64,000 nucleotides of DNA, taken from positions 96,001 through 160,000 of the IMG/VR virus record IMGVR_UViG_3300035499_000517; one strand, given 5' to 3'. Under the pieces are notes generated by a model. That model did no database searches and had not been told where the DNA came from. It saw only the letters and a program-made list of their open reading frames with translations. The DNA is from a virus. Lineage: Duplodnaviria; Caudoviricetes. Made by a program: the position numbers and the translations under genes. Shown piece after piece: positions 48,963 to 59,725 of this stretch (within the stretch, counting starts at the first letter, position 1; the number at the start of each line of letters is the position of its first letter).

Positions 48963-49901
48963 TTGGGATTCGAGCAGTATGATAAGAAACTTGACCAATT
49001 ATGCACATTCTTGGAATCCGTAGATGATGTAAACAGTGCTACTGCAAGATCTATCGTTCGGAATATGCAGCAAGTAGCAAAAGAGAAACTTGCTTATACC
49101 AAAAAAGAAAAGCAGCGCGTAGAAGCGCTGTATGAATCTGGTGATATCGATCTGGATTATCGAAATGAAGCAATTGCTGCTTTGGAAGATGGAGAAGAGG
49201 AAACCCTTAAGATGGCTTATCCTTGTTATGAGGAAGCTCAGACAGGAAAGGCTTTATCTATCATTGGAAAAGAGTGTAAAGCGCTTGCAAAATATGTACC
49301 AGGTGCAGTTGTTGTTGGAGCTGGATGCAAACTGATTGATGTTGCAGCAAAGAAGTGGATTCTTTCCAGATTGAAGAAATACACATTACTTCATCCGGAT
49401 GCAATCTCTGTTACACAGCTTACTTCAGAACCTTACACAGTTCAGGAAGCAGTTGCAAAATATCACATCAAATTCCGACTTGCTTACGAATGGGCAAAGT
49501 CCCCTGTTGCAACCAGATGTGTTGTATACAAGTACAACAACAAGGTTGTTATGGCAATTGCTTATAGCAAGGATGGAAAAGACATTGACAAGTTTAACGG
49601 TGGTATTTCTGTAGAAACTATTATCTATGGAGCAGAATTCCATAAGCATGAGGATTACTATAATGCTTATATGTGCTCCAGAGTACAGATTTCACATCCT
49701 TCTGTAAAGAGGGTACTTGACAAGATGAAGTCTGAGTGGAAACAGAAAGCTAAGACTGCTGTAAAGAAAGTGGAAGAGTCTGTTGAAGAGTACGGAATTG
49801 AAGGTGAGACTTATCTCATCACAGAATCCGTAAAGGAAAAATTCCTCACAATAGAGGAAGCAGAATACTTCAAGCAGGTAATGAACCACTATTGTGGATA
49901 A
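48963..49901 (+). CDS. Probable internal head protein
   Basis: Operon with the protease; several x-x-E-S/A motifs near both termini; TTG start after AGGAGG. Confidence 0.55.
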   Translation: MGFEQYDKKLDQLCTFLESVDDVNSATARSIVRNMQQVAKEKLAYTKKEKQRVEALYESGDIDLDYRNEAIAALEDGEEETLKMAYPCYEEAQTGKALSIIGKECKALAKYVPGAVVVGAGCKLIDVAAKKWILSRLKKYTLLHPDAISVTQLTSEPYTVQEAVAKYHIKFRLAYEWAKSPVATRCVVYKYNNKVVMAIAYSKDGKDIDKFNGGISVETIIYGAEFHKHEDYYNAYMCSRVQISHPSVKRVLDKMKSEWKQKAKTAVKKVEESVEEYGIEGETYLITESVKEKFLTIEEAEYFKQVMNHYCG

Positions 49902-49945
49902 AAAAGGAAGGAATACGTAACTCACACGTATTCCTTCCACTTTTC
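49900..49945. terminator. Bidirectional terminator
   Basis: GGAAGGAATACGT...ACGTATTCCTTCC. Confidence 0.8.
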
Positions 49946-51274
49946 TTAATTCTCTTCACCGTTGTCGGTGAGTTTCTCTGGGTCGTAAGTATTCTTATTG
50001 GTAACTTTGTACCGAAGCAGTACCGTCTGAAGCGTTGCCGGAGCAATAGGCAATTTCCAAGAAGACAAATCAATCTCTTCTGGAGTTACTGCAAATCGTT
50101 CACAAACTTTTGCTGCGGTCTCATAATCTAAACCTTTCAGTTCAATCTTATAATCGAATCGTCCATCCCTCACAAGCGCTGGGTCCAAACGATCAAAGTA
50201 GTTTGTAGTTGCAATGACGATGAGATTACTATTAGAGAGGACACCATCTAAAACCTGGAATAACAGGCTGGTTCTCTTATTCATATCATCATCAGTTGAT
50301 GCTTCCTCATTCTCCTCTGTCTTCTTAGCTCGGGTTGGCTTCTTCTTGCGTCTGTCAGTAAACATGAAGTCAATGTCTTCAATCAGAAGAATGAACTTGC
50401 GACTAGAATGGTTCTGGACATAATCCATCGCATTCATCAGATTGTCTGATGTGGTAAGGATTAAGACTCTACCGAGAGTAAGTGCAAGATATCTTGCGAT
50501 AGTAGACTTACCAGTTCCATGTGGTCCGTGAAGTAAGATACCAATTGTCTTATTGATACCAAACTCATCCTCAAGATTCTCTGAACGAGACACCATCTCG
50601 ATGATCTCATCCAACTCTTTCTGTACATGGTCTACAATGATTGTATTCGGTACTGTTGAACTTGAAGAGCGAAGCATCCCTCTGGAGTTCTCTGATACTA
50701 CCATGATTTTCCGGAATTTCTCACTCTTTGATTCTACATCAATCCAATGAACGACATCCTCTTTGATCTGGTTGAATTCCCTCTGTACATTGAATGCATT
50801 CGGTCCGACAAAATGGATTGATAAATAGAATGTCCACTCTCTTGTATCCTTCTGTATATAAACATAAAGGAATGCACCCTTGTATGGAATCACAATGGTC
50901 TTTCCACCAGCTTTTGCTGTGTAATCTGGTGTACGATAGAGAATCTTGTAATAGAATGCATCCTCTGGGTCCTTCTTGTAATACTCGATAATCTCATCCA
51001 CCTCACTGTCATTGGTGAACTGAAAAATATCCCTTGTCACTTTCTCCTTACACATAAAGAGAAGCGTCCATAAGTCTTTCTCAAAGTCATCCATTGAAGA
51101 TGCAATCTCCTTTGGAACAAACTTTGATTTGATTGGGTCAATAATCAACCCTCTAATGCTATCCAAGGTATACTCAGATAGACAAATCTGTTTTAATACT
51201 GTAGATGCTACCGATTGTGGTGTTGCAAAAGCATTGATTGCATCTACAAATCCCTTTTTGATACTACTACTCAT
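49946..51274 (-). CDS. AAA+ ATPase (BCS1-like)
   Basis: GPHGTGKS, LLIEDID, LDG, TTN..RLDPALVRDGRFD. Confidence 0.85.
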   Translation of the reverse strand: MSSSIKKGFVDAINAFATPQSVASTVLKQICLSEYTLDSIRGLIIDPIKSKFVPKEIASSMDDFEKDLWTLLFMCKEKVTRDIFQFTNDSEVDEIIEYYKKDPEDAFYYKILYRTPDYTAKAGGKTIVIPYKGAFLYVYIQKDTREWTFYLSIHFVGPNAFNVQREFNQIKEDVVHWIDVESKSEKFRKIMVVSENSRGMLRSSSSTVPNTIIVDHVQKELDEIIEMVSRSENLEDEFGINKTIGILLHGPHGTGKSTIARYLALTLGRVLILTTSDNLMNAMDYVQNHSSRKFILLIEDIDFMFTDRRKKKPTRAKKTEENEEASTDDDMNKRTSLLFQVLDGVLSNSNLIVIATTNYFDRLDPALVRDGRFDYKIELKGLDYETAAKVCERFAVTPEEIDLSSWKLPIAPATLQTVLLRYKVTNKNTYDPEKLTDNGEEN

Positions 51275-51427
51275 GTCTCTAGTTCCTCCTTATTTCTTAT
51301 CGTATAATTTTGGTTTCATCGCTCGAAATCTGTCCCTTCAATGATGCCCCTTTGCACATACCCCATAATATATGTATTCGCCGATGAAGAAGAGGGATGA
51401 ACCGAAATTCATCCCTCCTCATTTTTT

Positions 51428-52151
51428 CTAAATAGCTTTCAAGAACTGAATCAGTTCGTGACAAATCTGGTCTTCAGGTGCAATGATTTCTTTCCCTGTA
51501 AGACTTGGTTCCTCATAGGAAACGTACGTAAACTTTGTGTAGATAAACGTACTGAGTAATGATTTTATACAACCTGGTTTCAATTCCTCTAACTCTCGGT
51601 ACTTCTGAGTCACTAGGTATATGTAATCCGCGTCTTCCTCAATCTTCGATAAGAGCTTTGAATTTCTGACCATACGGTTATTTACTTTTCCAGATATATT
51701 GCCTGTCAATATATAGGGTAGAACTACATCCTTTCTATCCCATTCTCCTGTCTCATTTAAATATCCGGCGTTCAAAATCAATCGTTTCTTCAAAATAAGT
51801 TCCATAATACAAAATTCTTTTAAAGGTACCATGAACTGGTCACGGTAACTCATAAAGTTTTGCGAATAAATCGAACGAATTAAATTAGTCTGAATATCAC
51901 TTGTGTGTTGATTCTTCATGTAGTACTCAATTTCTGAATCTGAGATTGGAACGTCATTCTGTCTCAAAAGACGTCTGATTGTCTCATCTTTATTAATCTC
52001 GGACAAGTCGATAATTCCCTTATCAATCTTTGTCAGATTCATCTCCATCTTATCAGATGCAGAGAGTCCTTCAGAATCTCTCATGTTAGTCATTTCAGTT
52101 AATGTCTTGGAGTATATCTCCTTTAAGAAGAATATCAGCTGATACTTGATA
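51428..52151 (-). CDS. Exon 2 of probable nvRNAP promoter-specificity subunit
   Basis: In frame after splicing (TI-IKYQLIFFLKEIYSKTLTEMTNMR). Confidence 0.7.
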
Positions 52152-52564
52152 CGTCCAACGTGAACTGACTATATCCTTATCATTATACTCTATTACCAAG
52201 TATAATCATACCTCCCGTTTCGGTTTGTTTCAACCTACCTTTCGCCTGCTATCTTAGGCCTACTCGCTTCGTGTAGATATTTCAATCTACCTTATTTTCA
52301 ACCGACCTACAAATGTATTTATGGATTTCTCCAAATGTCGATTTCTAGCTTTCCCTAGTCGATGAAGTCATATCTCATCATTGTGAGATACTTTCTTGCG
52401 CCGATTACCTCTAAATTCAACCTTGGTTACCATATCTCCGGAGTTACCCTTTGCCCCAGAATCATCACTGTTTCTGGTTGGTAGTTGAATGTTAAACGAG
52501 ATGTCCCCGCAATTAGAGAGGTGTTTCCAGAGAACTAAGTTCTCCTTACGCCACTATCTTACTA
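52152..52564 (-). ncRNA. Group I intron (413 nt, ORF-less)
   Basis: P1 CCAU/GUGG with U.G; P10 GAUA/UAUC; UCAUCGACUA and AGGAUAUAGUC; strong similarity to the two beta' introns. Confidence 0.85.
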
Positions 52565-53487
52565 ATGGTTTTGTTGAACCCTATTGGGTTCTCAGCATAT
52601 TTCTTCTTCTTTGGGTCCCAGTTCTTGTTGAACCGGTACTTCACAATATTCTCACTGATGAATTGCTTCTTGATAAATTTCTCAATCAATAACGCTGGGT
52701 CATCACCGAATATCTCACGCTGTCTAAAGATTTTCTCATTGTGGAATGCCGAATCCACAACCTTTCTCTTGACATACACAAACAGTTTGTTGAAAATGTT
52801 GACATTGTCCTGAAACAGCTCCAATGTCGGTGAAAAGAAATCGTATATGATTGATACGTCTCTCTTCGGTTTCAACTCATCTGGCTTGATTTTATTCTTC
52901 GTGAAATAATGAAACATCACCGGTACAATCAGTTTCATTGCAAATGATATCCGAAGCAGAATCTCAATATGAATATTCTTAAATTCCAAAGACTCCAAAT
53001 ATCGTTTGTCTGTATTCTGCTTATAGGTTACATCTGGTGAAACTTTCTCGATGTCATCGAGATAATTGTCATGTACCATGTCACGAATCTTCTGACACAT
53101 TGATGGTGTGAAGATTAGTTCATAAATCAAGTCAATTAATGCTTGTGGATTTTCGCGTGTGAAGGCTCCCACTTTGTCAATCTCATACTTGATCTTTAGG
53201 TATGCAGTCACCAGTTCATTCTCTGGGTCATACCGATTGATGAAGTAGTCGATGTAACTGGAAAAGACTCTTAGATGTTCCTCATAAGAAGACTTCTTCA
53301 CACAAAAGTTGTTGTACTTCTTGAACTCTGGTATTCCAAATACCCGTTCAAAATGTACGATGAAAATGTTGCCGTCGCTTTCTGTTATCACTTCTCCTTT
53401 CTTTGGCTTCCAAGTGTTGATCTCAGCACTTCGGTTTGCGTATCGTAATTCCTCTTCAGTATTCGGTTCCTTTTTCCGTCTACTCAT
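52565..53487 (-). CDS. Exon 1 of probable nvRNAP promoter-specificity subunit (AR9 gp226/phiKZ gp68-like)
   Basis: Spliced ~548 aa; early promoter at 53536-53552; two genes from the chaperonin, as I recall for AR9 gp226/gp228. Identity is inference. Confidence 0.55.
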
Positions 53488-53535
53488 TGACGCAATCACC
53501 TCCCGAGTTTATAGTTACTTATTACTCTCAAAATG

Positions 53536-53552
53536 ATAATATATAAGTAAAA
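53536..53552 (-). promoter_or_regulatory. Early-type promoter TTTTACTTATATATTAT
   Basis: Consensus copy. Confidence 0.7.
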
Positions 53553-53558
53553 TTTATA

Positions 53559-54356
53559 TTAGCGTTTCCTGTCGAGTGTACTGAGCTTTTTACGACCCTT
53601 AGTTGCTCGTGTGACATGAGTTTTGTTTTTCGAATTCGTTACAGTAGAACGTTTCGCTGTATTAATCTTTGTAGCAGGGGTTTTTGATGGAACGCGCTTT
53701 CCTTTAGCACGACTCTCTTTCCTCTGCTTCTTGTTGTTTTCCAATTCCTTGTTGATTTTTCGATCCATAGTACGAATCTCACTCGTCATCTTTATATCCT
53801 GGAAATCACGAATTTCACGGAAGAACTCATCCGGTTTCTTCTTCATAAATCCCTGTACGAATTTGCTGAATGCATTGATCTTCTGGTCAATTAAAAACCG
53901 ACATGCAGAATAAATAGACTTGTCATAACTCATTTTATGAGACTGATTTGTCTGCTCTGGCAACTTATCAGCATATTCCTGGTCCATCTTTTCATAAAGC
54001 ATATCAATAAGGAAGCCGTTCTGTTTATACAGAGCTGCATACTGATAAATGAAAGATGGTGAATTAGAGAAGAACTTCACATAATAGTTACGGAAGGTCC
54101 GTTCTTTCTTAAGTTCTTCATTATCCGTGAAAAATAACAAAACCACATCATACGAATCTTTCAGGTTCGTATCTGAGCCTACAGAAAGGTGAAGGAGATA
54201 ATCATCATCTATCTGTGTATGGGCAACCATTTGAATTCGTTTATTTCTCATAAGATTTTGATACTTATCTTCGTATTCATTACTTTTTACCTCCTCTTTT
54301 CCAAAAGGAGCTGCTAAGAATTGCTCAATTGTTTGAAATGATGTCATATCCTTCAC
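53559..54356 (-). CDS. Hypothetical protein with basic C-terminal tail
   Basis: 265-aa ORF; YDVVLLF...KFFSNSPSFIYQYA. Confidence 0.7.
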   Translation of the reverse strand: MKDMTSFQTIEQFLAAPFGKEEVKSNEYEDKYQNLMRNKRIQMVAHTQIDDDYLLHLSVGSDTNLKDSYDVVLLFFTDNEELKKERTFRNYYVKFFSNSPSFIYQYAALYKQNGFLIDMLYEKMDQEYADKLPEQTNQSHKMSYDKSIYSACRFLIDQKINAFSKFVQGFMKKKPDEFFREIRDFQDIKMTSEIRTMDRKINKELENNKKQRKESRAKGKRVPSKTPATKINTAKRSTVTNSKNKTHVTRATKGRKKLSTLDRKR

Positions 54357-54367
54357 CTACACTTCCC

Positions 54368-56422
54368 TTAATTGTTTCTTACATGTGTGTGGTTCCATGA
54401 AGCAACCAGAACCTGATTTCCTACTACAAGAATAGAAAGAAGGTCTGATGTTGCTTTTAAGATCTCCACATCAGTCTTTACACTGTTAATGACATCATCG
54501 GAGAAGTCCATAATATCAAGATCAAATACCTGACCTTTGATATGGGAAAGCTCTACAAGAAGGAGTGCTCCCGGAATGGAAACTTCTTCACCAATTGTAT
54601 AATTCTTGGAATCAAGACTCTCCACAAATTTTGCAATTAAATCACGGAGAACAGATTCTTCTGTGTTAATCTTCATCTTGTTATACATGAATGTGATTAC
54701 TGCATCGACATCCTCTTTTAAATAGATCATCGGGAAAGAAATTTCTCCAAATGCATTACAAAGGACATCACAGTATACAGACTTAAATGCAGATGCAATG
54801 CAAGAAGCGATGGTACGCTCTAACGGAGTGGAATCCGGGTCTGCAATTAACTCATCTGCACTCTTTGTAATTGTAAAGTTACAACCCGGAACGTAACCAT
54901 AGCGATAAGCGGACTCCGCTGCACGAATCGCATCTTCTGTAGAATCCTTCAGTAAGTCTTTTGACATATCGGATTCACCACCGACATAGATCTTTGCAAT
55001 CTTCATCTTCAACGAGCAAACGCGGTTCTGTGCTTCATAAACATCACGGGTATAAGTACCAAGCTCTGTAAATTTCTTGATGACTTCATCCAGCTTATTC
55101 TCTGCATTACGAAGTGCTGTATTATAAAGCTCATCATCATAATGAGATGCCTTAAATACGGAACTCTTCTTTCCAATTGTTGCAGTATCACAAAAGCCGA
55201 GGTCTAACACGGTATCTTTCAGACGGTCTTCATCATAAACAACCGCCTCAGAACGTACAAGATCTCCACTGTCTTTCTGCTTTGTTACAAGGATTCCCGG
55301 AATCGCACGATCAAAGATGTTAACGATATTAACGATTTCGGATTCTCCTTTTCCTTCCATAGCAGCTTTATCCATCTTATCAACGATGATATCCTCTAAA
55401 TCACGATCAATAACTGTCGTTCCAAGAACGATTGCAAGATCCGCAATCTGCTGCTTTGCAATGTCATTTCCGCTAAAATAAGAGCCGATGATCAGGTTGA
55501 TAGTGTGCTTTTCTTTTAACTCTTTTAAGAGTGATCTCCGGATTTCTCCAGTCAATAACTTGTCATCATACCACGGTGCTAAACAAATCAGTTTACGCCC
55601 GGATACACGACAAACATCGTTAAGTGGTTTGATGATATTCTCATATGTTGATGAAGTTACCTTCTGACCGAAGATCAAAACATCCGCATTCTTGAAAAAT
55701 GCAGTATCGTTGTCATTATTGATATAAACATCATCGCCGAGCTTTACGTTGATGTTATAACCATCGGTAATCTCGTAATAGGTTTCTGATGTGTCTGATG
55801 TTTCGCAGACAATCGCCGGGAAACCAATCTCATCATAAATAGATGTGATGATGTCAACCATCTCAGCATTTCCATTACTTGAAATGTGAACGATCTTTCG
55901 AATACCCTCAGACAAGTTCTCCGGATTCAGATGGATAGCAGAAGCATTGAGTTTCTCTACGATAGAATCCGTAACTTTCTGGAATACTTCCATGAACTCT
56001 TTCGGGCGAACATCTGTAATCTCCGGATTTGTCCGCATTGCATTCATGAATGCCTGAAATACTTTATTAGTTCCGATAATGGCAGATGTTGTTCCATCAC
56101 CAACGGAATAGTTCAAACGACCACAGATATCAGTGATCATGCCACCGATTACCTTATCTACTTCAGAACCCTCGAACTGATCAAATTCGATATTTCTACA
56201 AACGGTAAAACCGTCCTTTGTCACATGCTTGTACGGGTAAGTTGAAATAATTGTCGGCGACCCGTATGCACCGAGCGTCTTCTTTAAAATGTCCTCATAT
56301 GCCTGAAACACAATCGAAGCCCTCTCGAGAAAATCATCCCGCTCCATTACATTAAGCTTCGGTGATTCAGTACACTTAATCGTACCGACACTACCACTGT
56401 CGGAAAAGAAATCTTTCGACAT
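54368..56422 (-). CDS. groEL: Phage GroEL-like chaperonin
   Basis: KTLGAYG, TKDGFTV, VGDGTTS, ISSNG, IYVGG, EDAIRAA...GYVPG. Confidence 0.9.
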   Translation of the reverse strand: MSKDFFSDSGSVGTIKCTESPKLNVMERDDFLERASIVFQAYEDILKKTLGAYGSPTIISTYPYKHVTKDGFTVCRNIEFDQFEGSEVDKVIGGMITDICGRLNYSVGDGTTSAIIGTNKVFQAFMNAMRTNPEITDVRPKEFMEVFQKVTDSIVEKLNASAIHLNPENLSEGIRKIVHISSNGNAEMVDIITSIYDEIGFPAIVCETSDTSETYYEITDGYNINVKLGDDVYINNDNDTAFFKNADVLIFGQKVTSSTYENIIKPLNDVCRVSGRKLICLAPWYDDKLLTGEIRRSLLKELKEKHTINLIIGSYFSGNDIAKQQIADLAIVLGTTVIDRDLEDIIVDKMDKAAMEGKGESEIVNIVNIFDRAIPGILVTKQKDSGDLVRSEAVVYDEDRLKDTVLDLGFCDTATIGKKSSVFKASHYDDELYNTALRNAENKLDEVIKKFTELGTYTRDVYEAQNRVCSLKMKIAKIYVGGESDMSKDLLKDSTEDAIRAAESAYRYGYVPGCNFTITKSADELIADPDSTPLERTIASCIASAFKSVYCDVLCNAFGEISFPMIYLKEDVDAVITFMYNKMKINTEESVLRDLIAKFVESLDSKNYTIGEEVSIPGALLLVELSHIKGQVFDLDIMDFSDDVINSVKTDVEILKATSDLLSILVVGNQVLVASWNHTHVRNN

Positions 56423-56473
56423 AAAAAATCCTCCTTACTAAAAATCTTGTTTAAAAGAGAGTTTCATGGATTA

Positions 56474-57214
56474 TCATAAACTAGCAGATTCTGTTGCAAA
56501 GAATCGATCAAATTTAAATACATGCTTCTCTTTTAACTTCTCTATGTCAACGATAAATTCACCGTCTTCCACATTGTATCCATACTCTTCAGCAACGATA
56601 ATCGAAGAGTAATCGAGTTTTCCTACATCTTCTAATACTCCGACATTTGTAATATCAGAGAATATATAAGTAGAATCATCTGGAACCTCGGCAAGTGCCG
56701 ATTCGATGGGTCCCATCTTTACTTCAACAAACTGAGAAATATCAGAAAATAATTCTCGGATATCTTCTAAAATTGCTTTGTTGTGGTAAGGGTACCAGAT
56801 GATTGCTTTCTTGGAAAGTCCATTGTCTGTACCGAATAAAATCTTGAGAGCTTGCACAACGCTGAGTGGAGTTGCAATCTTTAAAATCTCTGGAACAAGC
56901 TCAATATTCTTATCTAAGATCATCTCTAAATCATTCATTCGAACATTATCCATATCCTCTACTAAAACGAAATTCATGAGAAGATTCTTATAAGGTCTAC
57001 TGACATACCAATCATCTAATTCTTCATCATTCATCCCAATGATCTCTGAAAAATTCAATGTGAAATTTGGGTATTGTTTGATTGGTTCGCCGACCGAAAG
57101 TGTCTTTAATATTGTAATATAAATGGGTCTGACGAGGTCTGCATATTCCACAAAAACCGATTTACTATTTAGGAATACAGAATCAAACGTCATGACTCTA
57201 TCTTTATCAGCCAT
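56474..57214 (-). CDS. Hypothetical protein
   Basis: GAGGAGG RBS; acidic alpha/beta pattern. Confidence 0.7.
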   Translation of the reverse strand: MADKDRVMTFDSVFLNSKSVFVEYADLVRPIYITILKTLSVGEPIKQYPNFTLNFSEIIGMNDEELDDWYVSRPYKNLLMNFVLVEDMDNVRMNDLEMILDKNIELVPEILKIATPLSVVQALKILFGTDNGLSKKAIIWYPYHNKAILEDIRELFSDISQFVEVKMGPIESALAEVPDDSTYIFSDITNVGVLEDVGKLDYSSIIVAEEYGYNVEDGEFIVDIEKLKEKHVFKFDRFFATESASL

Positions 57215-57284
57215 TTCAATCCTCCTCTAAATGATGATAAAAATCTGGGATAAGCCAGAAACTTATCCCAGAAAATATTACTTT

Positions 57285-58046
57285 TTACTGAAACGGAATC
57301 TCATCTACGGAATACTCCGTTGTCTGAAAGTCGCTTCCTGCTGACCAGCCAGAATCTGACTGTCCGCTGGTGTTGTTTGCCTGATTGTTATTGTTGAATC
57401 CACTTCTGTTTCTTACAAACTGTCCATGATAACGGCTCTCATGACTTACCATACCAAGCATCAGGGAGTAGGATGAAAGAATCTTGAAGAAGATATCAAA
57501 ATCATTTACATCCTCAGAAATCATCTGACCACCCTTTGTCGGGTCATAGTCGACGATAACGGATGTCTTTCCAAACTTAAAGGTTACCACCTGTGTCGGA
57601 TCTACACCCATGTCGTTGATATTTCTCACGAGAGAAACTGCGAAAGCTGCACTGCCGTTATCTTCCGGGTATAATGTAATCATAAACATTCCCGGAGTAC
57701 CGTTCTGAACACCACCAACAAGAACACCAATAGATGTTCCGTCTACCGGAATCGGATCACTTCCGTTTAAATACTTTTCAAATTTTGCTTTAAACTTGCT
57801 TACAAGTGCTGCACACTTCTGTATAGAAAGTGCAGTGCCGATACGATGCTGCCAGTCATATCTGTGAATACCATTCGCATCCTGTCCGGATGTCGGTACC
57901 CAAGAGATAGAAACTTTGTCGTTCCAGAGAGCGACGCTGAACTGCATCGAGTTATCACTTGCATAAAACGATTGTAAACTTGTGTTAATACTACTTCTTT
58001 GCTGTCTTGGCAGCTGTGATGCTGCCGGATTTTGTCTGTTGAACAT
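57285..58046 (-). CDS. Possible single-stranded DNA-binding protein
   Basis: Beta-rich core, N/S/Q-rich linker and SSB-like acidic tail DEIPFQ. Confidence 0.4.
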   Translation of the reverse strand: MFNRQNPAASQLPRQQRSSINTSLQSFYASDNSMQFSVALWNDKVSISWVPTSGQDANGIHRYDWQHRIGTALSIQKCAALVSKFKAKFEKYLNGSDPIPVDGTSIGVLVGGVQNGTPGMFMITLYPEDNGSAAFAVSLVRNINDMGVDPTQVVTFKFGKTSVIVDYDPTKGGQMISEDVNDFDIFFKILSSYSLMLGMVSHESRYHGQFVRNRSGFNNNNQANNTSGQSDSGWSAGSDFQTTEYSVDEIPFQ

Positions 58047-58099
58047 TTTAATTTTCCTCCTTAAATATCATTTAATACTAGGTATTATGGTATTTGAAA

Positions 58100-58900
58100 T
58101 TAAATCTCAGAAGTCGGCGTATCCGGAGTTTCCTCAGGTTTTTCAACAGGTTTCTTCTTTCTATACTTTGAAAGTATCTTATTTCTGATCTGAGACTCGA
58201 TTTCGACCTGTGTAATATCATCCAGCATATCAGCATAATGCAGAATGAAGTTTCCGTTAATATTAAAATCATCATATTTTTCATTAATGAAATCATTCTC
58301 CAAGTTTGGTCCATCTCCACGAGAGAGTTCCATGAACTCATCAATTGAAATATCTTTATTGTGAAGAATGTATTCCATACACTTGGTGATACCAGCAACG
58401 ATTGTGATATCATCTTCATCATCAACAACTTCTCTTAAGGAATTCGTTGTGACATCTTTCTTCTTCGGCAGCATCTCTGCCAGTTCTTTTTTATGTTGTA
58501 AAATGTAGTTGTAAGCGAACGTTAAGTAGTTCTGCTTTAAGTTAATGACGAAGAAACGATAGGTATAGTGTATGAGCTCAAGCTGCTCATGTTCTGGCAT
58601 ATCTTCCAGATAAGGAAACCCGATAGAGAGTTTCTCTTTAAAGATATCTCTCATAAAGCTCATGAACTGATCATAGAGCTGTGTGATTTCCTCCTCGTTT
58701 TCTTCATCCATGTTTTCTTTCGTTATCGTATAACGTGTTTCAAAGGTTTGTACAAAGTCGTTCTTTCCATAGGTAATAGGATCACTAAACTGCTGTCTAA
58801 TAGAATCCTTAATCATAGAAAGAGGTAACTCAGAAAGCATGATCTCTTCATCTGCTTCTTCTGAATTATAGTCAAACCCCTTAAAGTGATCTAAGTTCAT
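58100..58900 (-). CDS. Hypothetical acidic protein
   Basis: AAGGAG RBS. Confidence 0.7.
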   Translation of the reverse strand: MNLDHFKGFDYNSEEADEEIMLSELPLSMIKDSIRQQFSDPITYGKNDFVQTFETRYTITKENMDEENEEEITQLYDQFMSFMRDIFKEKLSIGFPYLEDMPEHEQLELIHYTYRFFVINLKQNYLTFAYNYILQHKKELAEMLPKKKDVTTNSLREVVDDEDDITIVAGITKCMEYILHNKDISIDEFMELSRGDGPNLENDFINEKYDDFNINGNFILHYADMLDDITQVEIESQIRNKILSKYRKKKPVEKPEETPDTPTSEI

Positions 58901-58914
58901 ATATTACTCCTTTC

Positions 58915-59628
58915 TTAGATTTTTCCTTCTGAATATTTCCCATTGATAACTGGAATCTCAAAGGAATCTGCTTTTGCTTCCTGCTTACGTACCATATCCT
59001 GTTGTAATTTATTCATATAAGAAGTTGGATTTGGAACGGTATCCGGATGTGGATTTAACCTTTGATCTTTCTCCAATTCTCGTAAAATGGTTTCATGAAG
59101 TTGCGTTTGATCTAATGGTGGTCGATCTGGTAAAATCTGACCGTTGTGTCCAAGAACGCTTCCATCATGTGAAACACCCATAGAAGCAATCAATGATGGA
59201 TTATTCTGGTCTCTTGGAACCCGATGAAGTACTTTATCCGGTGTAATTGGCGGCTTAGGTACTGGTGGTAATCTGTTCGGGTCTTCGTCACGTTTTACAG
59301 TTTCCTGTCGTACGGTTTTCTTCGGTCCTTTTGGAGCCGGTTGTGGACGATAAGGACAATTCCTATCTCTGCAGTGTTTAATCTCTTCCGGATCAACTCC
59401 ACAACTCACATCACAGTTTGATACTGCTCCATTATTCATTCCACACATAGCTTTTGCTGCTCCAACAGTCCATGCAAAATGCTGTATATGGCCGCAATCG
59501 CAACAAAATAAGGCGAATCCAATTTTCTTATTATTAGATCCGATAATGTCAATATTCTTTTTATGCCTAGATCCGCAATCCGGGCATTTCCATTTCGAGA
59601 TTCGGTCTCGATCCATTACTATTGCCAA
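58915..59628 (-). CDS. Zinc-ribbon protein with Pro-rich tail
   Basis: CPDCG, CCDCG, further Cys cluster; late promoter TACA-AAGCTT-TA at 59654-59665. Confidence 0.65.
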   Translation of the reverse strand: MAIVMDRDRISKWKCPDCGSRHKKNIDIIGSNNKKIGFALFCCDCGHIQHFAWTVGAAKAMCGMNNGAVSNCDVSCGVDPEEIKHCRDRNCPYRPQPAPKGPKKTVRQETVKRDEDPNRLPPVPKPPITPDKVLHRVPRDQNNPSLIASMGVSHDGSVLGHNGQILPDRPPLDQTQLHETILRELEKDQRLNPHPDTVPNPTSYMNKLQQDMVRKQEAKADSFEIPVINGKYSEGKI

Positions 59629-59725
59629 AAAAGTTCACTCCTTTCTTAACTATTAAAGCTTTGTAAAAATCCATATGGAAATAAAAAAAGAGGGATATGA
59701 ATATCATATCCCTCTCATAAAATTA

